A DNA stretch of 64,000 bases from the NCBI GenBank assembly GCA_963677745.1, contig OY782391.1:64001-128000 (forward strand), read 5' to 3'. The notes below the pieces were generated by a model that searched no databases, was not told the origin of the DNA, and worked only from the letters and a program-made list of their open reading frames with translations. The position numbers were made by a program, and so were the translations under genes. This document shows positions 55,521 through 64,000 of the stretch, one piece after another. Within the stretch, counting starts at the first letter, position 1, and each line of letters begins with the position of its first letter. The DNA is from Candidatus Altimarinota bacterium. GTDB lineage: Bacteria > Patescibacteriota > Gracilibacteria > UBA1369.

Positions 55521-58500
55521 TCATGCTGCAGCCTTGAAAGTTCTCTGTTCCACGCCCGCCTTTCCTACATATAACTTCCCGTCTTCCTTTCCAATAACGG
55601 CAGCCGATCTTTCTTCAGGGTTATAAATTTGCGTGCCGCCTTTAATCATTCCTGGTTCCGGTCTTCCCGCACTCAAATCCAGGGCCAAATGTTCAACGCC
55701 GGAAATTACCTTTATCTCTCCTCCCCGGTCGGAATGTCCGAAAATTACTCTGTTCAATCCCTTCTTATGCAGCCGCTCCAAAGCTTCAACCGCCTCCTGA
55801 TCAACCTGCCCCGTAACGGGGTCAGCTTCTCCAACCAGAGTTCTGTTATTGGTATCCAAAAATGTATCCACGATATCCTTGAACGCTTTTTTTTCTGAAT
55901 CAAGAAGCCCGGAAGTCATAAGTAGCTGATCCCTTGTACCAGTCATATAAATATAGTTGAACAGATCCATTGCTTCTCCGATAGAGAAACCATTTTCGAC
56001 ATGTCTGTCGATTAGCTTTACCATAGCTGGAGTTAGTTCAGAATGGACAGATAGAGTGTCATCCGTAAATTCGGCAACCCGCATTTGTGACATGTCATTT
56101 AACATTTCATATCCTTCTTTATCATCCCGCATATTTTCGAGAATATGCGGTCCAAGGTAAGTCTGCATGAATTTTCCTCTGAGTCCCAACTTCAGTTTTC
56201 TGTTTCTATCTCTGTTAAAATTCTTGGGATCGCTGTCAATGGAAGCACAGTCATGAACATATCTTGGATTGTATTTTTCCAGCTGTTTATTCAGGAAACT
56301 GTCATATTGAGTCACAGTTAGACAATCGGCCGGAGGTGCATATTGTGGATCTTTTATAAATCTTTTTATTACTTCTATGCCTCCTCTTCCCTGCTCACTG
56401 TTGACGATATTTGCCCAGGTGGGTTTATCTCCGGCAACTTGTCTTCCCGCCAACAGGGCTACCAGAAAATCATCATGATTGCCGCTCAGTACAATTATAT
56501 CGCCGCCTTCCTTTCTGGCCTCATTTCTCAGATATCTGATTGCTTCCAAAATAGGTAAACCAAATTCCTGACGGTCACCCAAAATATCTCCATGAAAAAT
56601 CACTCTTTTATTCTTTCCCTTCCAGATCAATTCATCAGCTTTGGTAACCTTATTGTCCTCGATCAGACCGCAACTTGTCATTGTATCGTAAAATATCTGC
56701 CAGTTACCGTGCAGATCTGCTATGTGCACTTCTTCCCTGTCCCTTGGCACGTCTTCAATTCTGCGTTCAACAGTATTTCTATAGATTGGCGGCTGCTGGT
56801 CTTCCAATTCCTTCTTTGCTTCCATCCCTGTGGGAACATTTTCTGCGACAGCATTATTTTGGGAGACTGTATTTAGAGTGGTTGCGGCAACTGAAGGAGG
56901 AGTAATAATTGTACCTACAGGACCCGCCGGCGGAGCAATCGGAGGTGTCGGCGCTCCGGGAAGAGTTGGGCCCAAAGGAGGTGCAATGGGCGGGGTAGGC
57001 ACAGTTGGTTGTGTTGGTCCAGTAGGTAGTGTCGGCCCTGTGGGCTGTGTCGGACCCGTTGGTTGAGTCGGCCCGGTGGGCTGTGTAGGTGTGGTTGGTC
57101 CTGTTGGCTGTGTCGGACCCGTTGGTTGAGTCGGCCCGGTGGGCTGTGTAGGCGTGGTTGGACCTGTCGGCTGTGTCGGCGCAGGAGCCGGTTGGCTTAT
57201 TACCTGTTGACCATAGTCCAACGTATTTAATTTATCTGCATAAATCGGAGGAAAAATGAATCCTGTAGCTTTTGATCCTTCCTTATTAACCCCCTCCAAA
57301 ACAGTATAAAGCGTTGTATCGCGGGGCGGATTATCATGTATTTCACTTAAAACATATCCCATTTTCTCCCGCAGAATTGGAGGCGTGGGCAAAAATTCAT
57401 TGCTTCCCGCTCCTCTTGCCGATGAGAGCACCTGGAATTTCCCGGTCTTGTCCAAAAATCCAAAAGTTAATCCGTCAGGTTTATACCCGGGTAATACTGA
57501 TCCACCTCTGGGAATTGCAGCAACACCGGGCCCAAAAAAGTCTTTCGGAACCTTCACTATACCCGATGCATCCATGTCAACCAGATTCACAAAATGTTTG
57601 CCATTATGTTCCACCAGAATTCCCACTTTCATCTGATCCCAGCTATCCGGGAGGCTTACTCCGGACGGAAGTCTGGTATGAGCCAATTTTGAATCCAAGA
57701 CGCCGGTCGCTTTAAAATGATAACAGCCGTCGCTATATAATTTTGGCTTCCCGTCAGCAAAATAAAATCTCAGTTCATCAAGACTGGTCGGTTTATTTCC
57801 ATTATAGTGCAAACTCAAAGGTTTAAACCCGTTGGCATCAAGCAGTTCTTTTGTAACAGGACCTCCGGGAGTTCCGGGAATAGTTTCCGTGCCGGGTAAT
57901 TCGGTAATCCTGAATCCCTTCTGTTTAAGTAATTCCTGGCTGGCCGCATCCAGTCTGCCAGCCCGATAATGCAGCTGTGCCGGATCAATTCCTTTGTTTC
58001 TGAGAGCTTCTTCCAGAGCGGTTCGGTTTGTAAAACCTCCAATCGGATGTTCTATGGGTGGACCTCCTGCCTCGTGAATAATTGACGGCGAAACCCTGAT
58101 ATTACGTCGTGCCAGCCAGTCTGCAGAAGCCTGTTCCAGCTCTCCGTTTCCCTTGAATTTCAAGTGCTGGGTCAGATCTGCGTTGGAAATACGATAATCC
58201 CTGTGTAACATTTCCCGGAAAGCCTGTTCCCCTTTCGGCGGAATGTTTTTTGGCACAAATTCCTGGGCTGCTCCTCCGTGAGGATGATAAGTCAGATAAG
58301 TTGCAATTGCGGCAAACGATGCACCCATTCCTCCTCCTATCAAAGCTGCCTTGAGATTTTCCCTTCTCTTGAATTTTTTAAAATTTTGATCAGTTAATTC
58401 CATCATCTGCTTCAATTGCTGATCCGATATTGCTAATTTTGAATCCAACAGTTGCTGCCAGTTTGCATTGCCCTGCTGGTGCAACAGTTGCTGCAGCATT

Positions 58501-61500
58501 ACCTTTCCGCGGGCGATTGAAACCATTAATGCCAGACGCTGTTTTTCCACTTTTTCTTCTTCAAAAGAAATCAGATCCACACGTGTTTTATCTTTTGTCT
58601 TCGGATTGGTCAGCCCATATTCGGAAAGGTCGTTTCTTCTGATTGCATCTGCCAAAGCCGTAGCCAGCTGATCGGGGGAAGGATTGGGAGTGTTAATAGC
58701 CGAATCGATCGCTCCCTGTAAATCCGTGGCACTTTTCTTCTGATATAATGACCCGCTGGCCTCCATTCTTTGTTCAAAGGTACCTTTGCGCGCTCCTCGT
58801 GGCGTCATTTCACCTTCCCGCTCATATTGCAATGCTTGCCGGCGTTCTTTTTGGGCCTTTGATCTAAGCGTTTCCTTGTTCTTTCTGAACCAGCCAAAAC
58901 CCGCGCCCAATATTGCTCCGGATGCGATGCCGGCTATTACCGGTGCCATTGACGGTGCGGCTAATGCTCCAATAGTTGCCAGTGCGCCGATTCTTACAGC
59001 ATGGCTGGTAAGAATTTGAGTACCAATGTTGGCCAGTCCATAACCCATAATTGAAACCGTCGCCGGGGAAAGGAATCGTCCTAGAAACTTGTTTCTCTGA
59101 AGAGATTCGATAAATTTTCTGCTGTATTTATCTACTCTGGTTTGATCCTTAACTTCCGTTTTCACATCTACATTTCTGGCCTTACCAAAAACAATGCGGA
59201 AAGTGTCTGCAGCATTCGACATATCCAGATTAATCAGTCCCTGTCTGTGTGCTTCCAGTTTATCCAGAAGACCATTTCTTTGTTCAACTGGAATATTTTG
59301 TTTCCCTGTTTCCTGTTCCATAAAAGCCACCAATTCCATGCTATCTGCTGACTTAACTCCTCTCAACATAGGCATAACTTCAGCCTTGAATCTCTGCCTG
59401 AAGTTGGTCTTATATGCGTCAACAGAATTCGGGGGCTGCGCAACATATTCATCGCATAATTCTTTAATTTTTTGCTGCAATTGAACGTTGGCCCGCTTAT
59501 CCAAAAGATCATGAGCCTCATCAGTCAGGTAAGTAGCATTTTTTTCAGACCAGGATATTCCGAAGCGCTCGGCAATAGCATCCAGTTCCCCCTCCAGATT
59601 TACCTCCTGTCCGGGCTTGGGAGTTTCTCCGGACCAGTCCCCGGGCTTTACTTTTGCTCTACCGCCGGGTTGTGCCGAAATGTTCATCAGTTCCGATCGG
59701 TATTTGTGATCGGTCTTCAGTCTCTGCAAAATTTCTTCGAAATACTGTTTCCGATAAGCTTCCATTGCATTTCTTTTCCACCATTTTGCGGCCCACTTGT
59801 CGATGCTGATAAATCTCTTCCAGCCGGGTCTGGTGAGCTGCTCCATTTCCTGATCCAGACGTTCATTGGCCAGTCTTTCCGCCACCCGTCTTAATTTCTC
59901 GTCTATGTCAACAACGACGATTTCCAGTTTTTTTGTCGGAACATTACGCGGAGGGAGAGTCGGTTGTGTCGGGGCGGTAGGACCTGTGGGCAGAGTGGGA
60001 CCCGTGGGCTGTGTGGGACCGGTTGGTAATGTCGGGCCGGTTGGTTGTGTAGGGAGTGTCGGTCCTGTTGGTTGAGTCGGACCGGTTGGTAATGTCGGGC
60101 CGGTTGGTTGTGTAGGAGTTGTTGGTCCTGTGGGCTGTGTCGGACCTGTTGGTGCAGTTGGAGTAGTAGGACCTGTGGGCAGAGTGGGACCCGTGGGCTG
60201 TGTGGGACCCGTTGGTTGCGTAGGGGTTGTTGGGCCTGTCGGCTGAGTGGGGCCAGTTGGCTGTGTAGGTGTTGTCGGACCTGTAGGCTGAGTTGGGCCG
60301 GTTGGTTGTGTCGGACCTGTTGGTTGCGTAGGGGTTGTTGGGCCTGTTGGCTGTGTAGGTGTGGTTGGTCCTGTCGGCTGTGTCGGACCTGTTGGTGCAG
60401 TTGGAGTAGTAGGACCGGTTGGAACGGTCGGTCCAGTGGGCTGTGTGGGGCCCGTTGGTTGCGTAGGGGTTGTTGGGCCTGTTGGCTGAGTCGGACCTGT
60501 TGGTTGAGTGGGGCCCGTTGGTTGCGTTGGTGCAGTTGGAGTTGTTGGTCCTGTAGGAGCAGCCGGACCAGTAGGTTGGGTAACAATTACACCGGGAATA
60601 TTTACATTCACATGTATGTTTCCCTGCTTTACTTTCTGTTTAATTTTCTGAGGTTCCGGTTGCCTAAATTTCTTTATCTTTTTCTTAAGTTTCTTAATTT
60701 CCTTCAACAAAATTTCCATATTCGCCTGGTCTGGTGTTCCTGGAGTTGGGTTTTCTCTTCTCATCTCAGCTAAAGCCTCTTCCAGAGCCAGGATCCTTTT
60801 TCGTAACTCTTCCTTTTCATAATCATTCTGGGCAATATTTACGGTAACATTACCTCCATTAAGTGTGTTTGTGGCTGTACCGCCTGACAAACTGTTGGTA
60901 TTGGTGGTTGTTTCCGTACCTCCGGTAATCGTGTTTGTAGTTGTTTCAGCCCCTCCCGTAACAGTCGTAGTCTGGGGAGCCGCATTGGCCGTTGCCGACT
61001 GGGCTCCGGTGGTCGTGGTCTGGGAACCAGCCTTGGCTGTTGCTCTGGAGTTTCCTCCCTTAACTGCAATGTTTTGTGGCGCCTCGTTGATGGTATTTTC
61101 TATTGGTCCTGTGGAAGCACTGCTTATGCCACTTCCACCTGCTCCACCACTCACCCCCTCAACTTTTCCGCCTTCCGAGGTTGATGATGAATTTCCACCG
61201 GTTCCGCCAGTTACTCCTTCCACCTGTCCTCCTTCAGCTGTTGATGTTGAAGTGCCTCCTTCGGCAGAGGAGGTAGAAGATGATGGACCGGTCTCAGCAT
61301 TGACCGTTGATGAGAGCTCTCCACCAGTCACCTGTGTACTTTGTGAAGTATTATTTTCAGTCTGAGTAACCGTTTGTACCTGTTGATTTACAACTAATGT
61401 TTGCTGGACAACTTCATTTCTTTCGGATTTTTCAGTCTGTTCGATTTCAGTAGGCTTTTCAGCCGATGGACTCATTCTTTTTCTGTTTGTTTCAATGAAA

Positions 61501-62009
61501 TTTGCCGTTCTTTGCCCCCAAGATCCCTTATTTTCTGGATCAAGAAAATCCTGGTAGTTGAGATACTTATCAATTTTGTTTTCATCCTGATCAATGTTTC
61601 TAAGCATCATTGTCAAAACACGCACATACCCCTCATGAAAACAAAAAAGTGACTCTTGCGCCTCCACATAATTTGTTTTTCCCATTCCTGCACTTTCAAA
61701 ATCGTTTGCCCTGATTTTCACGATATTTTCCCAACTGCCTTGATTCCCGGTATCATCCAATCCCCCTTTGATCAGAGACAATATCTTATTAATCTGATCA
61801 GCCTTTTCCGGATAAATTTCCTGCAGTTTTTCAAACTCTTCTTTTAATCTGCCGTATCTTTTATTGATATTCGAAATCACACCGGGATTGATATCCAGGG
61901 AATTTCCCGGAAATATATCCCGTTCTCCCATCTGTGATTCCTCGTAGTCATCCAGGCCACTCAAATCAATCTTATTCCGCTCTGTCTCACTGGAAAGCTT
62001 AATAGACAT
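55521..62009 (-). CDS. Giant 2162-aa protein: Pro/Thr mucin-like repeats, Gly-rich hydrophobic segments, C-terminal metallophosphoesterase
   Basis: (PTG/PTQ/PTT)n blocks; ADLHGN, GDILGDR, GNHD, VHS, FGH motifs. Confidence 0.85.
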   Translation of the reverse strand: MSIKLSSETERNKIDLSGLDDYEESQMGERDIFPGNSLDINPGVISNINKRYGRLKEEFEKLQEIYPEKADQINKILSLIKGGLDDTGNQGSWENIVKIRANDFESAGMGKTNYVEAQESLFCFHEGYVRVLTMMLRNIDQDENKIDKYLNYQDFLDPENKGSWGQRTANFIETNRKRMSPSAEKPTEIEQTEKSERNEVVQQTLVVNQQVQTVTQTENNTSQSTQVTGGELSSTVNAETGPSSSTSSAEGGTSTSTAEGGQVEGVTGGTGGNSSSTSEGGKVEGVSGGAGGSGISSASTGPIENTINEAPQNIAVKGGNSRATAKAGSQTTTTGAQSATANAAPQTTTVTGGAETTTNTITGGTETTTNTNSLSGGTATNTLNGGNVTVNIAQNDYEKEELRKRILALEEALAEMRRENPTPGTPDQANMEILLKEIKKLKKKIKKFRQPEPQKIKQKVKQGNIHVNVNIPGVIVTQPTGPAAPTGPTTPTAPTQPTGPTQPTGPTQPTGPTTPTQPTGPTQPTGPTVPTGPTTPTAPTGPTQPTGPTTPTQPTGPTTPTQPTGPTQPTGPTQPTGPTTPTQPTGPTQPTGPTTPTQPTGPTQPTGPTLPTGPTTPTAPTGPTQPTGPTTPTQPTGPTLPTGPTQPTGPTLPTQPTGPTLPTGPTQPTGPTLPTGPTAPTQPTLPPRNVPTKKLEIVVVDIDEKLRRVAERLANERLDQEMEQLTRPGWKRFISIDKWAAKWWKRNAMEAYRKQYFEEILQRLKTDHKYRSELMNISAQPGGRAKVKPGDWSGETPKPGQEVNLEGELDAIAERFGISWSEKNATYLTDEAHDLLDKRANVQLQQKIKELCDEYVAQPPNSVDAYKTNFRQRFKAEVMPMLRGVKSADSMELVAFMEQETGKQNIPVEQRNGLLDKLEAHRQGLINLDMSNAADTFRIVFGKARNVDVKTEVKDQTRVDKYSRKFIESLQRNKFLGRFLSPATVSIMGYGLANIGTQILTSHAVRIGALATIGALAAPSMAPVIAGIASGAILGAGFGWFRKNKETLRSKAQKERRQALQYEREGEMTPRGARKGTFEQRMEASGSLYQKKSATDLQGAIDSAINTPNPSPDQLATALADAIRRNDLSEYGLTNPKTKDKTRVDLISFEEEKVEKQRLALMVSIARGKVMLQQLLHQQGNANWQQLLDSKLAISDQQLKQMMELTDQNFKKFKRRENLKAALIGGGMGASFAAIATYLTYHPHGGAAQEFVPKNIPPKGEQAFREMLHRDYRISNADLTQHLKFKGNGELEQASADWLARRNIRVSPSIIHEAGGPPIEHPIGGFTNRTALEEALRNKGIDPAQLHYRAGRLDAASQELLKQKGFRITELPGTETIPGTPGGPVTKELLDANGFKPLSLHYNGNKPTSLDELRFYFADGKPKLYSDGCYHFKATGVLDSKLAHTRLPSGVSLPDSWDQMKVGILVEHNGKHFVNLVDMDASGIVKVPKDFFGPGVAAIPRGGSVLPGYKPDGLTFGFLDKTGKFQVLSSARGAGSNEFLPTPPILREKMGYVLSEIHDNPPRDTTLYTVLEGVNKEGSKATGFIFPPIYADKLNTLDYGQQVISQPAPAPTQPTGPTTPTQPTGPTQPTGPTQPTGPTTPTQPTGPTQPTGPTQPTGPTLPTGPTQPTVPTPPIAPPLGPTLPGAPTPPIAPPAGPVGTIITPPSVAATTLNTVSQNNAVAENVPTGMEAKKELEDQQPPIYRNTVERRIEDVPRDREEVHIADLHGNWQIFYDTMTSCGLIEDNKVTKADELIWKGKNKRVIFHGDILGDRQEFGLPILEAIRYLRNEARKEGGDIIVLSGNHDDFLVALLAGRQVAGDKPTWANIVNSEQGRGGIEVIKRFIKDPQYAPPADCLTVTQYDSFLNKQLEKYNPRYVHDCASIDSDPKNFNRDRNRKLKLGLRGKFMQTYLGPHILENMRDDKEGYEMLNDMSQMRVAEFTDDTLSVHSELTPAMVKLIDRHVENGFSIGEAMDLFNYIYMTGTRDQLLMTSGLLDSEKKAFKDIVDTFLDTNNRTLVGEADPVTGQVDQEAVEALERLHKKGLNRVIFGHSDRGGEIKVISGVEHLALDLSAGRPEPGMIKGGTQIYNPEERSAAVIGKEDGKLYVGKAGVEQRTFKAAA
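56920..57195 (-). repeat. Coding tandem repeat block 2 (PTQPTG)n
   Basis: 9-nt period degenerate repeats. Confidence 0.9.
59955..60580 (-). repeat. Coding tandem repeat block 1 ([12 protein letters not shown])n
   Basis: 9-nt period degenerate repeats, about 200 aa. Confidence 0.92.
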
Positions 62010-62031
62010 AGTTTTTTAATTAAATCTCCAT

Positions 62032-62098
62032 ATTATAACACAAATCTCTCTTTTTCCAAAGGGTGGAAATTGAAAAACGTGCCTTCTCATGCTAAAAT
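62032..62098. promoter_or_regulatory. Back-to-back divergent promoters
   Basis: - strand TTGGAA-16-TATAAT (62059-62032); + strand TTGAAA-17-TAAAAT (62070-62098), both with extended TG. Confidence 0.5.
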
Positions 62099-62117
62099 TT
62101 CATGATTAACAGAAAAT

Positions 62118-64000
62118 ATGTCCGTTAAAAGCAAAATTGAGTCCCCAAACAAGAGTTTTTCCATTATCATCACCTCTTTCAATGAAGGTGATTGGCTTCA
62201 GAAAACTGTCGATAGTATCTTGGGCGAAAAATCCTATGAAAATTACGAAATTATTCTCATCAATGACGCATCCACTGATGACAGTTTTGAATTTCTGCAG
62301 TCAACCGGATACCGTGACTTGGTTCAATCGGGAAAAATTTCCAGTGAAAAAGTGAACGGTCTGGGAGTGTCTGCGGGACGCCATGCCGGGGCATTAAAAG
62401 CCAAAAACGATGTTTTAATTTTTTTGGATGCCCATATGAAAGTGAGTCCTGGCTGGCTGAAAAAAATCAACGATACCATGACCGGCCATAAACATATCAA
62501 ACTGCTGGGAATGAAAATTTACGAAATTGAAAGCGAACCGCAAAACAGCAAGAACGTTTACTCCTCTTCCGACCTGACGATGGTCTCACCTTGCTGGATA
62601 AATCTGGAAGATGCCTTCCCCGGGGAATTGGTAAAAGTACCGTTTATCAATGCTGCTAATCTGATTATCGACAGAAAAGCTTACTTTCAAATTGGTGGCT
62701 TTCCTCCTTATATTAAAGGCTGGGGCCCTGAGGACAGATCGCTTTGCCTGGCAGCCTATTACGCCGGATATGATTCTTACCTGCATTTTGGTATTGAAAT
62801 TGGTCATTTCTATAAAATAAACACCAAACTGTCCTCTGCTCAGATTTCCAAAATGTCCCAAATTATTTACAGCTCTCTGGCCGCCAGTTATGTACTTTAC
62901 CCACCGTTATTCCATCAAAAAACCGTCCGGAAACTAAAATTGCTGTTTCCCGGCGAAAATTTTGATTCACAATTCAATGAATTTTCCGCTGATCTTCCTC
63001 AACTGTCTGAAAGCAAATCTAAACTAAAAATTCTATCAAAAAGGAATTTTAGGAACTTTATTTCTGACCACTCCGACTTTCTTTATTTCATACATCGGAG
63101 TGAGCTGGAAGAAGCTCTTACAATTTATCCGGAACACCCAGAAAAAGCTCTCAAATTAATCAACCTGGCACTTAAAGCTCGATTTTTCCCCGACCAAAAA
63201 CAAAAAACTGACTTTCTGAGTGCCTGTAAACTGTTAAAAGCCTATTTAATTCAATTGATAGACCCTCAAACAGCCATTGAACTGGTCTGGGAAATTTTAA
63301 AAACCAGAATCGACTGGATACCGGTTAACTATCTTGCAGCCGAATTGTCCTATGATCAAAAAAATTACCCGCAAGCTATCGCTTTTTATACACTGACTAT
63401 CAATTTACTGGAGCATAAGGATCTGTATGACAATAATCCGCTGATATCCTTCCCGACCAGATCACTAAACGATCTGCTTTTCCGTATTTCTCAATGCCAC
63501 TTCTATAGTGGAAACTATTTACCGGCCAAAGAATATATTGAAAAATGCCTTGAACAGGAACCAGACAGGCCGGAATTCCAAAAAGCTTTGGTGGAATGCC
63601 ACAAACAAATAGATGTCAACACCCTGCAAAACCCAGCCAATTCGGCTGAAGCTATTTTTGAAGTTATTCACAAACACAATGTTTGGGGTTCGAAAGAATC
63701 AATCTCCGGCCCGGGTTCAACAATCTCGGCCACTACAACCATCAGAGAGGCCATACCGGAAATTGTGCGAAATTTTAATATAAACTCCGTTCTGGACGTA
63801 CCCTGCGGTGATCTCAACTGGATAAAGCATATTTTCACCAGTTTGCCCCAATATACCGGTATTGACATTGTTTCAGGGCTGATTGATCAAAATCGTAAAA
63901 ACTTCGGCTCGGACAAAATCAACTTCTTGCACAAAAATCTTATTTCCGACCAATTACCTCAAGCCGATTTGATTCTCTGCCGGGACTGTCTTCCGCATCT
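62118..64000 (+). CDS. Multidomain protein, truncated by window: ppGalNAc-T-like GT-A domain + TPR-like + class I methyltransferase
   Basis: Manual translation open to window end: SIIITSFNE, INDASTD, FLDAH..GWL, IDR..F.IGGF..GWGPED, IGHFYK; then SGPGS, LDVPCGD, YTGIDIV, CRDCL.H. Confidence 0.85.
   Translation, partial: MSVKSKIESPNKSFSIIITSFNEGDWLQKTVDSILGEKSYENYEIILINDASTDDSFEFLQSTGYRDLVQSGKISSEKVNGLGVSAGRHAGALKAKNDVLIFLDAHMKVSPGWLKKINDTMTGHKHIKLLGMKIYEIESEPQNSKNVYSSSDLTMVSPCWINLEDAFPGELVKVPFINAANLIIDRKAYFQIGGFPPYIKGWGPEDRSLCLAAYYAGYDSYLHFGIEIGHFYKINTKLSSAQISKMSQIIYSSLAASYVLYPPLFHQKTVRKLKLLFPGENFDSQFNEFSADLPQLSESKSKLKILSKRNFRNFISDHSDFLYFIHRSELEEALTIYPEHPEKALKLINLALKARFFPDQKQKTDFLSACKLLKAYLIQLIDPQTAIELVWEILKTRIDWIPVNYLAAELSYDQKNYPQAIAFYTLTINLLEHKDLYDNNPLISFPTRSLNDLLFRISQCHFYSGNYLPAKEYIEKCLEQEPDRPEFQKALVECHKQIDVNTLQNPANSAEAIFEVIHKHNVWGSKESISGPGSTISATTTIREAIPEIVRNFNINSVLDVPCGDLNWIKHIFTSLPQYTGIDIVSGLIDQNRKNFGSDKINFLHKNLISDQLPQADLILCRDCLPH

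Noticed and set aside
59955-60580. Tandem repeats as a CRISPR array or as collagen
   Set aside because: 9-nt coding periodicity with synonymous variation, no unique spacers, no cas genes; Gly recurs every 6-9 residues, not every third
1-64000. Alternative genetic code (UGA=Gly as in Gracilibacteria/SR1, or recoded phage)
   Set aside because: Conserved genes are full length in code 11 and several end in TGA (e.g. elp3)

Overview
The window has two parts joined at a 28-bp dif-like site (25154-25181). Positions 1-25.2 kb are the right-hand part of a podovirus-like prophage. On the + strand it carries the capsid C-terminus, head/tail, tail fibre, DNA-ejection proteins with a CHAP domain, a BstA/KilA-N-like moron, holin and amidase. 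On the - strand it carries an early operon running from an RHH regulator and Rad52-like annealase to a host-like Xer tyrosine recombinase. Positions 25.2-64 kb look like the chromosome of a Patescibacteria/CPR bacterium (probably Peregrinibacteria-like; this is an inference from gene content). It uses genetic code 11 and carries elp3, gatB, lepB, udg, nrnA, fmt, ssb, pgk, a VirD4-like ATPase, ruvX, rplI, secG, ileS and tRNA-Ala(CGC). Strongest leads: (1) a GC-rich, Shine-Dalgarno-led gene inside a structured transcript (promoter, boxA-like motif, about 130-nt leader rod, 5'-3' long-range stem, tandem GNRA hairpins) in an otherwise SD-poor genome; (2) a tailed prophage apparently integrated at dif, with its own Xer about 8 kb away; (3) a divergent Elp3 + Trm9-like pair suggesting eukaryote/archaea-type mcm5U34 synthesis; (4) a ppGalNAc-transferase-like enzyme head-to-head with a 2162-aa mucin-like metallophosphoesterase; (5) a probable -1 frameshift making a membrane-anchored lysozyme-like protein. 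All calls come from reading motifs by eye; no searches were run.
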